Shown piece after piece: positions 1 to 14,383 of a stretch of DNA of 64,000 bases. The DNA is taken from NCBI GenBank assembly GCA_977016875.1, contig CDRNST010000020.1:5022001-5086000 (forward strand), in the 5' to 3' direction. Within the stretch, counting starts at the first letter, position 1. Each line of letters begins with the position of its first letter. Source of the DNA: Pavona decussata. Its lineage: Eukaryota. A program made the position numbers and the translations under genes. The notes beneath the pieces are model-generated. The model was not told where the DNA came from. It saw nothing but the letters and a program-made list of their open reading frames with translations, and made no database searches.

Positions 1-3000
1 TGTGTCTCACTAACTGGTCCAAGTTCTCTGCAGTCTTTTCCACCATGCTCTGGAGAGGGGTTGGTACATGTCCTTGTTCGTGTCTGTGAACCTCCTCCAC
101 AAGTCACACTGCACTCAGACCATTCGCTCCATTTGGTGTAATTACCATCGATCGCTGAGGATGAATGAATATGCGTCAGCAAACTTTAAATGATGGTTTA
201 GTTTAACCAGGATTAAGAAGATGTAGAAACTCGCTGGAGCAGTTACAGTCAACTCTCTCGTAAGCGACCATCATTGGGGCACGACTAAGTGGTCGCTTAC
301 GGGAGGTGGTCGCTTACGGGGAAGATAAAAAAAAAGCCTAATACTGGATTGATTGATTAATTAATTACATAAAAATATTACCTTAGCAGCTAAAATTAGG
401 CAAATAGAAACTAATTTATTTGATTTTTTTACATCTATTCATTCTTCTGATGAAACTTTGTATAACATATTGGAACAGATCACTGTAACAAGACTAACAA
501 TTCCCGTTTACCTACAGATCTAATTAAAGCCATCTTCTCTGTCTGTAAACTGTCATTAGCTGTCAGCAGTCCGGGGTAGCGTCATTAAAAATTGAACTTT
601 TGTCACTTCTGAATAATGATTTACTGACGATCATATGTGATTATGTTGGGTGGTCGCCTACCGGAAACAGAAAACAAAAGAATATGTGTAATTTCTGGCC
701 TAAGAAATAGTCGCGGTCCCTTAAGAAATTTGAATGATGGTCGCTTACGAGAGAGCTCTTGAAACAGTATTTAACTGAGAAACAGAACGGTTGTTTGCGA
801 AGTGGTCGCTTACGGGAGATGGTCGCTTACGAGAAGTGGTCGCTATGAGAGAGTTGACTGCACTACAAATTTGACGATGTAATCGTAGCTAGAACAGTGG
901 AAATGGAGCAATGGAAATTTCAAGGTACAATTGTCACAAGAAGTCTTTTTTGCGAAACTGTGTAAATATAGCGTGACAAGCCTGTACGACCCCCTCGCGT
1001 ATGTCTTTTAGAGCTAAATTGTTTATCTTAAAGCCTACGTTACTTCCGTATATTTGTAATGGGTTTGGGGGATTTGATAGAGCCTTGTATTTAACCACCG
1101 TATATTCAACATCAAATGCTATTACTGCCTGATGAGTTCTGTTTCTCCTATTTTTCTATATCTTAATTTTAAATATGATCTCTTATTCTGTGTGTGTTGA
1201 CGACGATGTTTTAGATGCCACATAGGGCATTTCATCTGGGTTTGGTTAAGTGCGTGATAAATTTAACAGTACGGTTTATCAACAGAGTTGATAAGGTAAT
1301 TTCGTCAGAAGGGTAAACAACCGAAGGCTAACGTTCATTATTATTATTTATGTTAACTAACCTACGAAGTTGAAAGTAAAAAGAAGTAAGGGATGTAACA
1401 TGTTGAGTGTAGGTCCAAAACTAATTACTTCTAAACTAATGTAATCTTGTTCTCCGGACTACGTTACTGGTTTCCTCATATTTTCAGCGAAAAATTTAAA
1501 CGCGTTCGCTTAAGCTAATTTCGTAAAACGTACGACAGGAATTGTTGTTGCATTCTTGTAACTCCTCAGGTAGTCCCAGTTCACTGCAGTTCTTTCCACC
1601 ATGCTCTGGAGGGGGGTTGGTACACGTCCTTGTTCTTGTTTGTGAACCTCCTCCACAAGTCGCACTGCATTCGAACCACTCGGTCCACTTGGTGTAATTA
1701 CCATCGATTGCTGAGAAAATAAAAATGTGTAAGTCAGTATATTGTTATATTTTCTTGGCTACAGTCTGTTTAAAGATGACGTTTCGTACTTGTGGGAGAT
1801 GTCATCATCCGTTTTTCTTTTGTCACTTGCTTGATAAGCTTGTTTTACACAACCGTAGCAATGTTTTATATTCATCTGTAACATATTCTCTGTTTAGTTG
1901 TTTAATATCATGTTTTCCTGGTTACAATATTTTGGTCTGTTTCAAGGTGTCTTTTCATACTTGCTATTGGAGCTGCAGTTATTTTTTGCTCTTTTATCAC
2001 TTGTTAAGCTTCTTTTACACAACCGCGTCAATGTTTCACATTTGTCTGTAACATTTTCGTTGTTCAGTTGTTTATAGACTACATTGGGGCAATTATATTT
2101 TACGACTAAGAAGAGCAAAAACTCACCGCAGGCATCTGTGTTACATTCTTGAGTCTCGCTAGCTTGCCCCAGTTCACTGCAGTTCTTTCCACCATACTGA
2201 GGCTCGGTGCAATTCCTTGTTCGAGTTTGAGAACCTCTTCCACAAGTCACACTGCATTCAGACCACTCGCTCCATTTGGTGTAATTACCATCGATTGCTG
2301 AGAAAATAACACAAGGCATGGATTAAACCCTTAATACGATTCAGGCTGAGTGGAGCTCTATAATTTCTATTCCTTTTGCAGATACGAATTTTCTTTAAGT
2401 CCATTTTTAGATATTTTTAATGAGGCAATTATTCTTCAGCCTTCTGACTAAGTTAGAGGTTTGTCCTTCAACTCTCTTAGTTCTCAGGTAGAACATTTAT
2501 CGAATAAGGCATTTGGAGTTTTTAAAGGGTTTTTTTCACCTTCACAGTAAAGGCACGGTGGTGTAGTGGTTATTGCTTTGGACTCTCGACTTGGTGGCTA
2601 GAAGATGGTACGGTCGGTAGTGCGGGCTAGGATGGTCTCTACATTACTATCGCCCTCAGTGTTGTCTTAGACAACAAACTTTGCTCCGCATTGTCTCTCT
2701 ATACCCGATTTACCAAAGCAAACAAAGCTTTATCATCACGTTTTTAAAGTGGGGTAGGTAAGATTGCCCTCCAGATCACACGGCCGGAGCTTAACCCGGT
2801 TTTCCTAGCGTGAACCAACTAGGATTATTGCAACTCCCTACTGGATGGGGAGTGCATCGTGGGGTTAGCCCCAGCAGTACGTCGCGGATACCCATTCATA
2901 CACGTCAGGGTCTCTGAAATATTATTTTACTGCATTTTCAGATCTAAATGCAAGAAATGCTTACGGCAGGGGTTTGCGTTACATTCCTGTATCTGTTCAG

Positions 3001-6000
3001 CTGGTCCCAGTTCACTGCAGTTCTTTCCACCGTACTGTGGAGAGGGATTGGTGCATGTCCTTTTTCGTGTTTGGGAACCCCCGCCACAAGTCACACTGCA
3101 GTCAGACCACTTGCTCCATTTGGTGTAATTACCATCGATTGCTGAGAATTTAGAAAGACATATTCAGCTAGTAAGGCCGTTGTAACTCATGTTAGTATAA
3201 ACCTCATCCCTAAGTACTCACTAATCTGCATTCATTAGTTTTAATGCTTCCTATGAAATGTTCGTTTGCTGAAATGCTTATCAATAATTCTTTTGTCTAG
3301 AAAAACTTACGGCATTTTTTTAGGCTACATTTTCTCGTCTCATCAGAAGGTCCCTGGTCTTCACATCCTTTTCCGCCTGGTTTGGGAGGGGGATTGGTGC
3401 AGGTTCTTGAACGATTCTGAACTCCGTCTCCACACGTCACACTACAATCAGACCACTCGCTCCACTCCGTGTATTTACCATTAGCTTTAGGATTTCCACA
3501 AAAAAAGTTCATATGTTGGGATTAATACAGATTTACCTTCTCAGAGTCAACATTAACTCAAACATAGTTTGTGTGACGCCTTTCTTCTCTTAACCAACAG
3601 ACAAATGCTAATACAGATCTTGAAATCCTGTACTACAGCTTTGAAGGATCTCACTTAACCATAACGGCGGTAATTGTCAGAAATGTATGACAACATTCTA
3701 AGGATAACAGAAAATTGCTTTGTTGGCGAGGCATAAACCCATTTTCACCCTTAGTTAATGTCATATTTTCCGGCTCAATCCCGTAAAGATACCGCCATAA
3801 CCCGGACTATGATCCAGATGAAAACTACAGAAATGTGTTTTGTCATGGATAATCATCTGGAAGAGGCTCGGGTGTGAATTAAAATTTCACCAGGAGCTGG
3901 ATAAGTGAAGATAAGTGTATTAAAAAATCGTGCCAGTTGAACTGAATGAACTGCAGATGATTTGCATAGCACTGAGTAAGAATCACACCGATTTTTGCAT
4001 GTCATAAATATCCCGCTCCCTATACAACTGACCGTACAGATTACTTGGTAAAGGTATTCCAACAGTATTGCAACGGTTTCGCAAAGTGATGGGTGGCAAT
4101 TTTGTTCTTTTTTTAAGATTAATTTTTAAATGCTGAAATAGATAGAAAGTACTGGATGGGTAAAATCGTTAGGGCAAATAATAGCATCTTCAAACAAGGC
4201 AAGTTAAAAGATACTTACGGCAAACCTCAGTGTTGCACTCCTGTGACTCCTTATCTGGGCCGAGAAGGACACAGTCTCTTCCTCCGTTCTCTGGGCGAGG
4301 ATTGGTACAAGTTCTGGTACGATACTTTACCCCACCGCCACAAGTAACGCTACACGGCGTAAACGAACACCACTCACTGTATCCACCATCGATTACTGAA
4401 ATAATAAAGAAAAGCGTCTCCTCTTTAATGGGTCTTTGGCTTCTCATTAAAAGCGTTATACTGGTTATAGGTGATTGTGGCTTCTGAGCTTTTTTAAATC
4501 GTATATAAGGACTTGTCTAGGGATTCACTGCAAGACGTTCGGCCCATGGACTGTTTCAAGATCAATTAAATTTCTTAATCTTAGAAGACGCGTAGCGTTG
4601 AAACGAGTTAAAGAACCTAGGGGGGAGATCCGGGCGGTTGTTTGATTGATCCTTCCATTTCACGTAAATTTTGATAGGCTTTGTCATCAACTGTTAGTGG
4701 AATCAATCATAGGAAACTAACAATGAGAGACGTAAGGAACGCTGGAAACAATATAATTTTTAATAATGCATCCGATGCTTCAGATTGTACCAATTCAAGG
4801 TACAGCACTTACAATCATTAACGTGACGCAGGATTGGTTAAAAACGTTCTCCGTGATGCATAATTCAATAAAAAATTGAGGGTTATGCGTTATTGGTAAC
4901 CCCCCTACCGCCCCCCTTCCCCAACCCCACTCTTTGTCACCCTCGCCTGCAGTCCCATGCTTTTGAGAAAAAAAAATCCCCGTTAACCAGCTACCTCGTG
5001 TGATTTGTAATTCTTGTTTAGAGACGATCAGATTGCAGAACGGAACAGAACACCTACAGAAAATAGCATATAACTGAATACGATAAAGCTATGAGCTCGA
5101 CATGATTATTAAATTTCATCTCAAGCATATCAATTTTATATGTGATATAATAACAATCACTACCAACCAATGACAAGTCAAGTTAAAGTTCAGCATTTTT
5201 AAATTCCTATTTGTTTGGCAATTGGCTATAGATAACCTCATGAACAGTGCTAGCAGATAAAAATTTTTCCCTTTGATGTTGCAGATTGGTAAACCGGAAG
5301 GAATAATAGAATTTGAGACTATGAAACTGATTAAATTGGAGTCTTTCAAGGTTCGTAGCCGTGAACTTTGTTATCATCCCTTGCATAAGAACAAAACGTT
5401 TTACGAAGAATTTTGTTTTACTAGGCCTGTAAATGGCATGTGAAAGTTGGAGATCAAGATCAAACCACCACTTTTCGTGCGATCCATCATCTCACCATCG
5501 AAAACAAAGATGGAATTAAAAGATCACACTTGTGTGCTCTAATAGGTAAATATTTTTTACGGTCCGTTGGTTTTTGCCGAGCTGGGCTGGGCCGTTATTG
5601 TGATTGACGGCAGTGAACAAAACAAATCGCTAAATGACTTTTGAAGATTATTAAAAGGCGCATTGATTACCGCATTTACACGTAGCACACTTTCGCGTCT
5701 CCGCGCTTGGTCCCAGGTGCTGGCAGCTCCTTCCACCACAGCATGGTAGGGGGTTAGTACAGGTTCTTGTACGCCTCTGTTCTCCTCCTCCACAAGTCAC
5801 TGTGCACTCCGTGAAATTCGACCACTGGGAATAACCACCGTCAACAGCTATGAAGATACAAATAGTGACTTTTAATCAACAACGAGTAATCTTTTCCCAA
5901 ATAAGTCAAAAACAATTCAAAGGGTGCATTAACATTCTATTGACAAGAAAACACAGAAAACAAAGTCAATTGCAATGATAAAGAAAGTGGTCTTCTTTGC

Positions 6001-7977
6001 TTTGCTTACGCATTAATTAAACCTTCCATCCGCTTAATGTGCCAAAGTAAGTAGTTTTAATTGTCAACATTTCCACATTTTTAACTGGAAAAACGGATCG
6101 CAAAACTTTGCTCGATAATTTTTCTGTCAATTATTACGTTACTGAACCGTATTTGTGACGCAGTTGGTAAAAGTGTAATAACCTGTCAAGAAGATCTAGA
6201 AAAAAATTGCTAACGACTACGAACAATATATAAGAACTGTTTAAACATACGGCATGGGAAGGAGTTGCATATTTTCTTTTCCACAGCTGGTCCCAGGACA
6301 TTACAATTTTGCCCTCCGTTGCTTGGTGGAGGGTTGTTACAGGATCGCTTGCGAATCCTTACACCACCTCCACATGAGGCATTGCACTCTGAAAACTCAC
6401 TCCACTGAGAGTAGCCACCGTCAATAGCTGAAACAAATAAAATTGTCAGACTCCATTACCATCGCAGGAATTTGAAACGCTTTCTTTGTTTTGGCCTTAG
6501 GGATGCATGCATATTTTCGAATGATGATGAGTCTGATGATGACAGTTTTTCGAAACGTCAGCCAAAAACACCAAAAACGGTGTATCTCAGGACTACATTC
6601 CCCTAGATGCTCATACTTTACCGATTACAATCAATTCATTACCATTGAAACAATATTCCATCCCAACATTAATTTTGTTCCAGGAACATAAATTCCTCAT
6701 CCAGACTGACGCTTGCCACAAATTTCAACTCGAGTTTGGCTTTCATAACGCAAATAATTTTGATTGGTTCATGTGTTTTCAGATGCATGTTTTCATTGGC
6801 TAGTAGCAAATATGATTTTCAAGAGCGTGTACTGAGAACATCTATTTCAATCAAGAAATAAATAAACAAAATTTCCCTTCATTTTTCGAATTTTCTTTTA
6901 GAAATATTTTATAAAAGCAATAGAGGACTTTTTTCCCGTGTTCACATAGCCTCATCTAAACACTCGGAGAGTTTGGAGAATTCTCGAAAGTTATGCAAAC
7001 CCGTGACTGCGTATCGGGTTTGCATAACTGTCTCGAATCTCCTAACTCCCCTCGTGTTTAGATGAGGCTATGTAAACAGGGAAAAAGTCCTCTATTGCTT
7101 AAATGATATGCGCAAATATATATTTCATTTTCATTGCATGTTTTCATTTTCTTAATATATTTGCTTTTTTCCTTGAGCAGCCTACGAGGTGTAAATAAAT
7201 CAAGGCCAAGAGAAATAGTTCCTTTGCATTTACTCTCTTATACTGAGCATGTTTACGACGACGAACTGACATTTACCTTGTGAATAACCTTGCGCTGCAA
7301 AATAAGAGAGAGGGGTCATTTAACTAACAATCAAGATAAAAGAATATTTCTGTAGAAGAACATTTTTGCGATAATCCGAAAATGGAAAGACTACATACAA
7401 TATTAAACATAATGAATTAAAAAATAAAAAGAATCATTAGGTTGATTAGCGTTCAAATTAGACGTCTTTCTTTAAGGGTGCTTTCCCGTTGTCTGACTTG
7501 GCCCGACAGACTGGTCTCTTTGTGATTGGGATGCACCATTTTGAAGGCCTTGCTCTACAGATTCTTAAACGTATACGAAATATAATCAATGTTTAAATCC
7601 TACGTTGATTCGGGTTCCTTCAATTTCTGTATAACCCTCTAAGCCGACTAGATCAACAATTTGATCCAACGTATAGCTGCAGGATTGTTGGCCACGGTTG
7701 TGTGTTTCTACTTGCATTAAAAATGACACGAGGTGTAATTTCAAGGAGTTCAAAGCACTGCTATATATCCAGTGCTTCAAACTAGTGCATTCTCGTTTTG
7801 TGAACTGACCAGCCTGGCCGGCCAGTTCTGACAATTTGGAAAGCGATCTAAGGTCGTTTATGAGAAGGTTCAGTATTGGGGCAAATTATGTCCGTATCAC
7901 AAAACTTTGCCGCGTTGGTATGACTTACCTATCAACAGAAGAAGCAAATATTCAGTGAAACAGTATTGAATATCCAT
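1..7977 (-). CDS. Gene A: secreted TSR-array protein (coadhesin/hemicentin/spondin-like), 5' part; 3' end outside window
   Basis: GT-AG exons: 7929-7977 ([16 protein letters not shown], signal peptide), 7277-7294 (AQGYSQ), TSR exons 6251-6427, 5671-5847, 4219-4395, 3311-3484, 2965-3141, 2127-2297, 1534-1710 and <1-154. All phase 1-1 and open, with Trp-rich N-terminal motif, CxxT/SCG, RxRxC and 6 core Cys. Confidence 0.9.
246..860. mobile_element. Tc1/mariner-pogo-like MITE
   Basis: TIRs CAGTCAACTCTCTC...GAGAGAGTTGACTG; left flank TA, right flank CA (decayed TA duplication); many subterminal GGTCGCTTAC repeats; no ORF. Confidence 0.75.
2552..2912. mobile_element. Decayed tRNA-derived SINE fragments (two, apparently in opposite orientation)
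   Basis: A-box-like TGGTGTAGTGG at about 2558 followed by a SINE-core-like segment; 2775-2912 resembles a reverse-oriented SINE body. Family recognised from memory only. Confidence 0.45.
6527..6630 (+). mobile_element. Degenerate Penelope-like terminal fragment with decayed minimal hammerhead core
   Basis: CTGATGA (6533) ... GAAACGTC (6552-6559), but stem II is disrupted. Confidence 0.45.
6915..7100. repeat. About 185-bp foldback palindrome (MITE-like)
   Basis: AAGCAATAGAGGACTTTTT...ACATAGCCTCATCTAAACAC pairs with GTGTTTAGATGAGGCTATGT...AAAAAGTCCTCTATTGCTT; inner arms GTTATGCAAACCCG/CGGGTTTGCATAAC. Confidence 0.8.
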
Positions 7978-9271
7978 GAGCCTGACTAGAACACTAAAAC
8001 GGGGTGAAGAATGACTTGTTAGTGAGGTAATGATAGTGACAACAACGCTTTTTGACTTCCTCTCATAGCTCTTAAGCCTTCACAATGACGCTTTGTTTCA
8101 TGAGTAGCTAGCTAGTGGCTCTAAGGTAACATGTAACAATGGAATCATTGAGTGAGAGTCACATCTTAAATAATTTTGCATTCTAATAAAAGGTTAAGTG
8201 TCTAAGAGGCGGATACTCATTCTTCGCCCTGCTAGTAAGAAGATTGAGCCAATTAACCGATTTTTCTGCACTTGAACTCCCACTTCGACTGGCTTTTGTC
8301 CACTGCCAGGGGCTACCAAAGGTTCGCCTCGATGAATATCTGTTCAGAAGGCCTAAATTGTTTCAGAATTTTGAATGGAATTATGTTGAAAATCTAGCTT
8401 TTTCGTTGGTGTCTTATCACCTAAAACTAAAGTGATACGGGTAATTTTTAAAATTTCTTTTGTTTTCGAATGGACGAAAAATGTCGTTAAGTTTGCGAAA
8501 TTGGATTTTAAGAAAGCCAACGGCTGCTCTTAAATTCGGGGAAAGGGATCTGTGCCATAACATTTTCTGCGAGTTAATGCATTCAGGTAAAGATTCTGAA
8601 CAGCTCAGACTGCAATATTGAAGGCAAGTATCACTTTTAAAGGTCCGAAAACGTTCTTAGGAAAAAGAAAGACATTTGAAATTGTCTCACTATCTGAAGG
8701 TTTGGAACACGTTAAATTTCTTTGAACTTTTGCACACATTCTTTAGTGGCTAATAAATCGTCCTTTCTGTTTGAAAATGGAATATTTGGCAGTTATTATT
8801 TATAATTGTTCTAAAAGTGCAAACAATAGTGTAATTTGAATAAATTAAAATGTAAGTTTTTTTTTCTTTATTTTTTTTTAGAACGTTCTTCAAGGAACGG
8901 AAAAGTTATGCTTTACCTTCTGCTCACAGAAATTATAAAGTCTAGACCTGTGGCAAAAACCAAATTTGACAATTTTTTCTAAAATTTATGTTTGCATATA
9001 GAAAACTTAAAAACCCTGAAAGATATACCGTATGACTTTCCATTGTATTGATAGCAATAGACCATGAGAGAAGTAAATGTTACAATCTCTCTCCTTCTTT
9101 TAGTTTGCTTTGTCTCATGCAACTCGATTTGAAGTCAGCGGGGATAGGACTAAGGTTAAACTGAACTACCCGTTTTGACAAAGGCTCATAGGCGATCAAG
9201 AACGAAGGTCACCTGAAAGCAATAGTCACTTATAAGAGGTACTCAAAATGCAGTTTGTGATGACAACTTAC

Positions 9272-9450
9272 CCAAACGCGACCTGTTGAAGGTAATTGAT
9301 GCAAATTCCTCCAAAATATAGAAAGCCCTTTCCAACGAGCTCGATACACACGAATTCAAAGGGGAGTCTCTGTCAATAGGTGGTCGCTTTGTATAACAGT
9401 TACGGACGTTCCTTGTTGTTCAGTAAGAATTCTCGTACATATTTATAAAA
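9272..9450 (-). promoter_or_regulatory. Putative non-coding first exon and promoter of gene A
   Basis: Consensus donor G|GTAAGT at 9271, conserved in homologous context upstream of gene B (40626). TATAAA on minus strand at 9442-9447 is not clearly conserved. Confidence 0.45.
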
Positions 9451-12400
9451 AGGAACTTTTTGTTCATACGTCTTTTATCTTTACAATAATCAATCATAAG
9501 AAAACACTTTAGAACGGATGTGTTACCGAAAATGATTGGCAGCCGCGGAAGTTATTCCAACGTACTTCACAAAAACAAACTATTGACAAAAGCAGTGACA
9601 AACAGTGTGGCTTTAATTAATTCAACTGCAGTTGTAGTATTCCTTAGGAACGAATGTCCCTTAGCGAAGGTGGCTGTTTACTTGGGTTAATAAATAATCG
9701 TTTCATTTGCTGAAGTTAAAAGGACGAGTTCGAGACTGATAACATTCATGAGCATAAAAAAAACTGTGAGTAAATTAAATCCTCCAAAGTTATTTGATAC
9801 AATGGTTACTTCGATACTCCCGGCCCATAATGTGCAAAAATGCCACCCTCTAGGTAATCGCCGTTTTCAAGAGATAACATAAAATGAACATTTTTGAATC
9901 ATTTAAAAAAACACATACAAGTAAACATTTGACAAATATAGTTGTGTGTTAGGCATAGGTGACACCAAACATTCCACAATGTATCAAAATTCGTATCACA
10001 CCGTGTTAAGACATAATTCTTTAAGGTCAAAAATCGCAAATTTCTAAAATATACGATCAGAGCTAAACCAGGATTATGCCATGTTTACACAAAAATGCTA
10101 AGTTTCAAATTAATGTGTTAAGCCCAAATGCTGCAAGAGGATTAAACCCTTTGGCTTTAAAAGTAAAAGAGAAACATAGAAGGAAGGAACAGAAAATACC
10201 GCTATAAATGGTCGTCGCTGAGTAACCGCTAGAATTCTCCGGCTAAACTCCGTATTTTTCGTTTCTACTGCACAGGTTCAAATCACCTGTCCTCACCACA
10301 CCAACATCAAATTCATATACTATTTAAATATAATGCAAACCGCTCTTTTCCTGAATATTTTCATGCAAGGGCACATGGCCGTCTATTCATGAAATTAGCC
10401 TTGAGGCAGTTGACACAATGTAGGAAACAGGATGTGTTATTCGCAATTGTAAATTTGAAAGATATCCAATACAAGGTTCCTTTCTCCAAATCGTGAGTTG
10501 AGAGAAGCGAAAGAAATTGTATCGATTAGCGGGTGGTTCGAGAAGGCGATTAGTGACTAGCTGTAAAACAGCATGCTTTCAAGGGATTAGGGTTTCTGCT
10601 GTCAGCTTTAGGACCTCTAATTTCTATGGACCTGATTGTCACAAGGCACTGATTCTTCCGGTGCTAGGGTCATTGTTTTCGTAGTTTGTGTGTTGTTTTG
10701 TTAGCCAATCCTGTGAGGAGTTCCTGTTTGTTTAGCATTCTTGTAGTATCCAGTGTCCTGCCTTGGTGATGACGGGTACTGTATCTCACGCAAAGAGATA
10801 TGACATGAATCTGGAGTAAAATTAGAAATTTTGGACCTGACAAGTAGACAATGTCTTGCATATTTATTTCTCGCATAAGCAGGAGAGTGAAATATTAAGA
10901 CCAGCCAATCGGCCATTAGCCTCAAAAAGGAAAACGTCTTGTATAAAAATAGCGCATTAAGGACTCTTCGTTTCAGTTTAAGGGATAAAATGCATTCTCC
11001 ATACACTTCTATATAATCCAAGAAATGAAAATGCATCTTCTCGCCACAAGCCAAAGAGAATATTTAAGGACACGACATGTCGTCTGAGTCATGTTTGACT
11101 TCTGACATCTCAATATTGTAAGAGGGGGGTCAGTGATCCGCAAGATGCACATTGCCAGAGACATTTTTCCGGGATGCGAAAATTTCGTGAAAAGGGCGTT
11201 TGGAAATTGGTGACTATCCGACCCTTTGAGGATTAGGATGCTTAAAATATCGCCACCAAAAAATGTTTTATAGAGGTCACAGGATACCGAAGGCATTCCC
11301 TGAGGCATACCTTTTGTTTCACCTACACATGAGGAGATTGCAAGCCCCTAGGCCATCTTTCTGGAAGAGCATTTGGAAAGAGAAAGTACGATACGGCAGA
11401 GGGTTAAAAAAAAAAAAGAGGTAAACTCGAAAGCTGCATTCGTGCAAATAACTTTAATACCGCCATGTTTGCTGGTTACTCGATTGTAACACTGTAGAGT
11501 TCAAAGTTTATTTCTACTTTTCACTCGCTTGCTAAGAACCGTAACTAATTTTTCACTATTTACAATTATTTGGATATCACGGGTAGTATTTACTTCACTT
11601 GGGTGTAATCCTATAACCCGGTAGTTCGATAAAGGATTCTACNNNNNNNNNNNNNNNNNNNNNNNNNNNNNNNNNNNNNNNNNNNNNNNNNNNNNNNNNN
11701 NNNNNNNNNNNNNNNNNNNNNNNNNNNNNNNNNNNNNNNNNNNNNNNNNNNNNNNNNNNNNNNNNNNNNNNNNNNNNNNTTCTTATACGCAATTTTTCAA
11801 TCATAAGCGGCAATACTCAATTAAGAATTGTAGATGATCTTGGATCACTTCATGCTGATATGAGCGACTCGAGGCCGGAAAATCGACGAAGCTTCATTTT
11901 ATTTCAAACACAGTCCATACATATTGGGGAGTCTTTTATTGTCACGGGTCGCCGCAGAAAAATAGAATTTTAGTTAGCTAACTGTAGACCATAATTCTTT
12001 TCCATACACGCCAACGGGAAATAACAACACACTTGGCCTTAGAAAATGGATAAGCAAACCTGTCAAGTTAATGAAATGTGCAGTGTTTTTTCGGAATTTC
12101 AACCTTCAAGGGGGCTCTGGCCAGCGTTCAGAGGGAATGGTAAGCCTGACTACAACACAACATTCCTTTGAGATACAGGAAATCGCTTTTTTAGAGTTAA
12201 TTCGATCCTCGGGCGAAAGCTTTGGTGGCAGAGACTGTTTCCTCTTGAAGTTCAAACACCAAATAGGCATGTGTACGATAGAAATGAAGGCAAGGTAAAT
12301 TTTTTGTTACCATTCATTCGCTTTTAAATTGTTTTTTCCTTTATTTCTGATGGTTTTTGATCTGTCTGCGAGATAGGTTGCGGCAACGCTTCACGTTGAT

Positions 12401-13823
12401 GAGTCTCTCAAAATGGAGACAAAACTTCTGGATTGACGAAATTAGGCAAGTTCACGTAGCTTTAAAAATAATCATTCCCTATAGAGCTTTATGGTACCAC
12501 GTACCTAAAAAGTTGTTTCTATCGTATTACAAATCGGTGGTACATGCCGGACACACGGCACAATATTTGAGCTATTTAACATTACTTGACATCCAAATCG
12601 ATTTAAAGTTTGGTCTTTAATTTAACAATTGTACGAAAAAAGTTTAACATATTGAAGAGGCCTAACTAACGGAGAAAAAATGTATTTTTAGTAAAATGTG
12701 ATAAATGAAAAAGGATTATATTCTCTAAATTGGGTACCATCCTTGGGAATATTTCGTTGCAAACGATTTTCCTCCGAATGCTCCTGTTACAGCGTTAGCC
12801 CAATTTCTTTACATCAGTCTTTGCGATAAATCTCAGCGAGAAATGATTTTGAACTTCGGCAGAAAAGTTGAGGTTTGTTGGAGAAAAGAATATTCAAGGC
12901 AAGGGTAAACAACGTATTTACAGATGGTTATACAAAGTTGCTCGGGCACTGTTACAACCCAACGGCAACTGAGTGAAACACGTTTCACCATTTAACGTTA
13001 AATGACCACAAATCATCGCTCGCAGCACATACGTACATAGCGGACAGAATCCCCGAATCCGGCAGAGTCACCGAGACTGAGTAGTACTGCGCATGTCAAC
13101 TGTCAGATGCCGCGATATGGGGGCACTTATGAATCTTAGGATAAGCAGGATCGAGACTCCTAACGACTCGTACGATTACCATCAAGACTACTGAGAAACT
13201 TACGACAATGTGGAGGTAGACGTGACAAAGGCATAAGATTTAGTGTCATTGAGATTATCTTATTGCACACATTCCGTGGAGACGAAAGCAGCTCCGCGGT
13301 TTTTCTTCTCTCCTGAGACGCAAACCGTGAGGTCATCCTTGATCTCAAGTAGATCTTCAAAAGGCAGCTTGTGTCTCCAGCGTGGTGAACTCTGATGAAG
13401 TTTCTGTAGTAGCGCCCGACAAGTTTTTTACATACTTTTCTCGATGTCAGAATGTTTCCGTGGAGGCCATCAACCCCGTCGGCATGATTTCACGCACAGT
13501 TTAGGGTTACCAGGCTGGGGATAGATTTACGAAGCCATATCTATCCTCAGTATCGTTCCTTGACAATAGCCTATTGTTAGTCCAACAAAACATTATTGTT
13601 ACGAAACAATTTTTAGGATACATCTTAACTTAAGAGGGCTTTGTGAATCTGTCTAGCTCCGAAAAAGCAAATCTATTTATGTAATCGGACGCTTACGACA
13701 TAAATATTCTTTCGTGACTGCGTCACGCTGAGGGTGACGGGTGAAAAGACTGTGAAATCTCAAAAAGATCATAGCAAATAACAGAAAAAAATTAAAGCAT
13801 GCTATTAATTTATAGCCCGCTCC

Positions 13824-13829
13824 TTTATT
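13824..13829 (-). terminator. Candidate poly(A) signal of gene B
   Basis: AATAAA on minus strand about 555 nt past the stop at 14384. Confidence 0.35.
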
Positions 13830-14383
13830 TCCCAATTTCCAAATAAATGTTACTTACACATATAATTCAAGTAAAGTCAATTGAGGATTTGGTTACCTCA
13901 AGTATATGTTAAAGTTTTCTGACTCTCGTCCCATTACCCAATCTTTTAGGATCCCCTAACCCTTGCCTTAAAATGCAAGCAAAACTGAACAAAAAATAGA
14001 AATAACGTTTGCAAGCATGCGTGCGTTTCTTAAGGCTCCCGAAAATCTATTCTACGTTTACAATGTTAGTATCAATGTTAACTATGTCAACAAGAAAATT
14101 CGATTTTACTTTTTTCGAAAAGTAAGTGTCAAGACTTAAGAAAAACTTTAGGCAAGTTTACTAGCCTAAACTCGCCTCCAGTCGATAGAAAAAATGGATT
14201 TGATACCAACACTTATTAGGCCGGGAGTTTAGAGAAACGAACCACGCCAGAAGAACGTTTACATTGGGGAGCACTGAGTCTCAATTGAATTCCACGATGA
14301 TCTTGTCCCTTCGCAGTACTAAAGATAATTTGTCCTCTTTGGGCTTCTTCTACACCACTACTGCCGTTATAAGAGCCTTGTGT

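Noticed and set aside
11393-11407. piggyBac-like terminus (GGCAGAGGG-TTAA)
   Set aside because: No matching second terminus found.
13100-13560. GC-richer coding-like stretch
   Set aside because: No recognisable motif or splice structure; needs a translated search.
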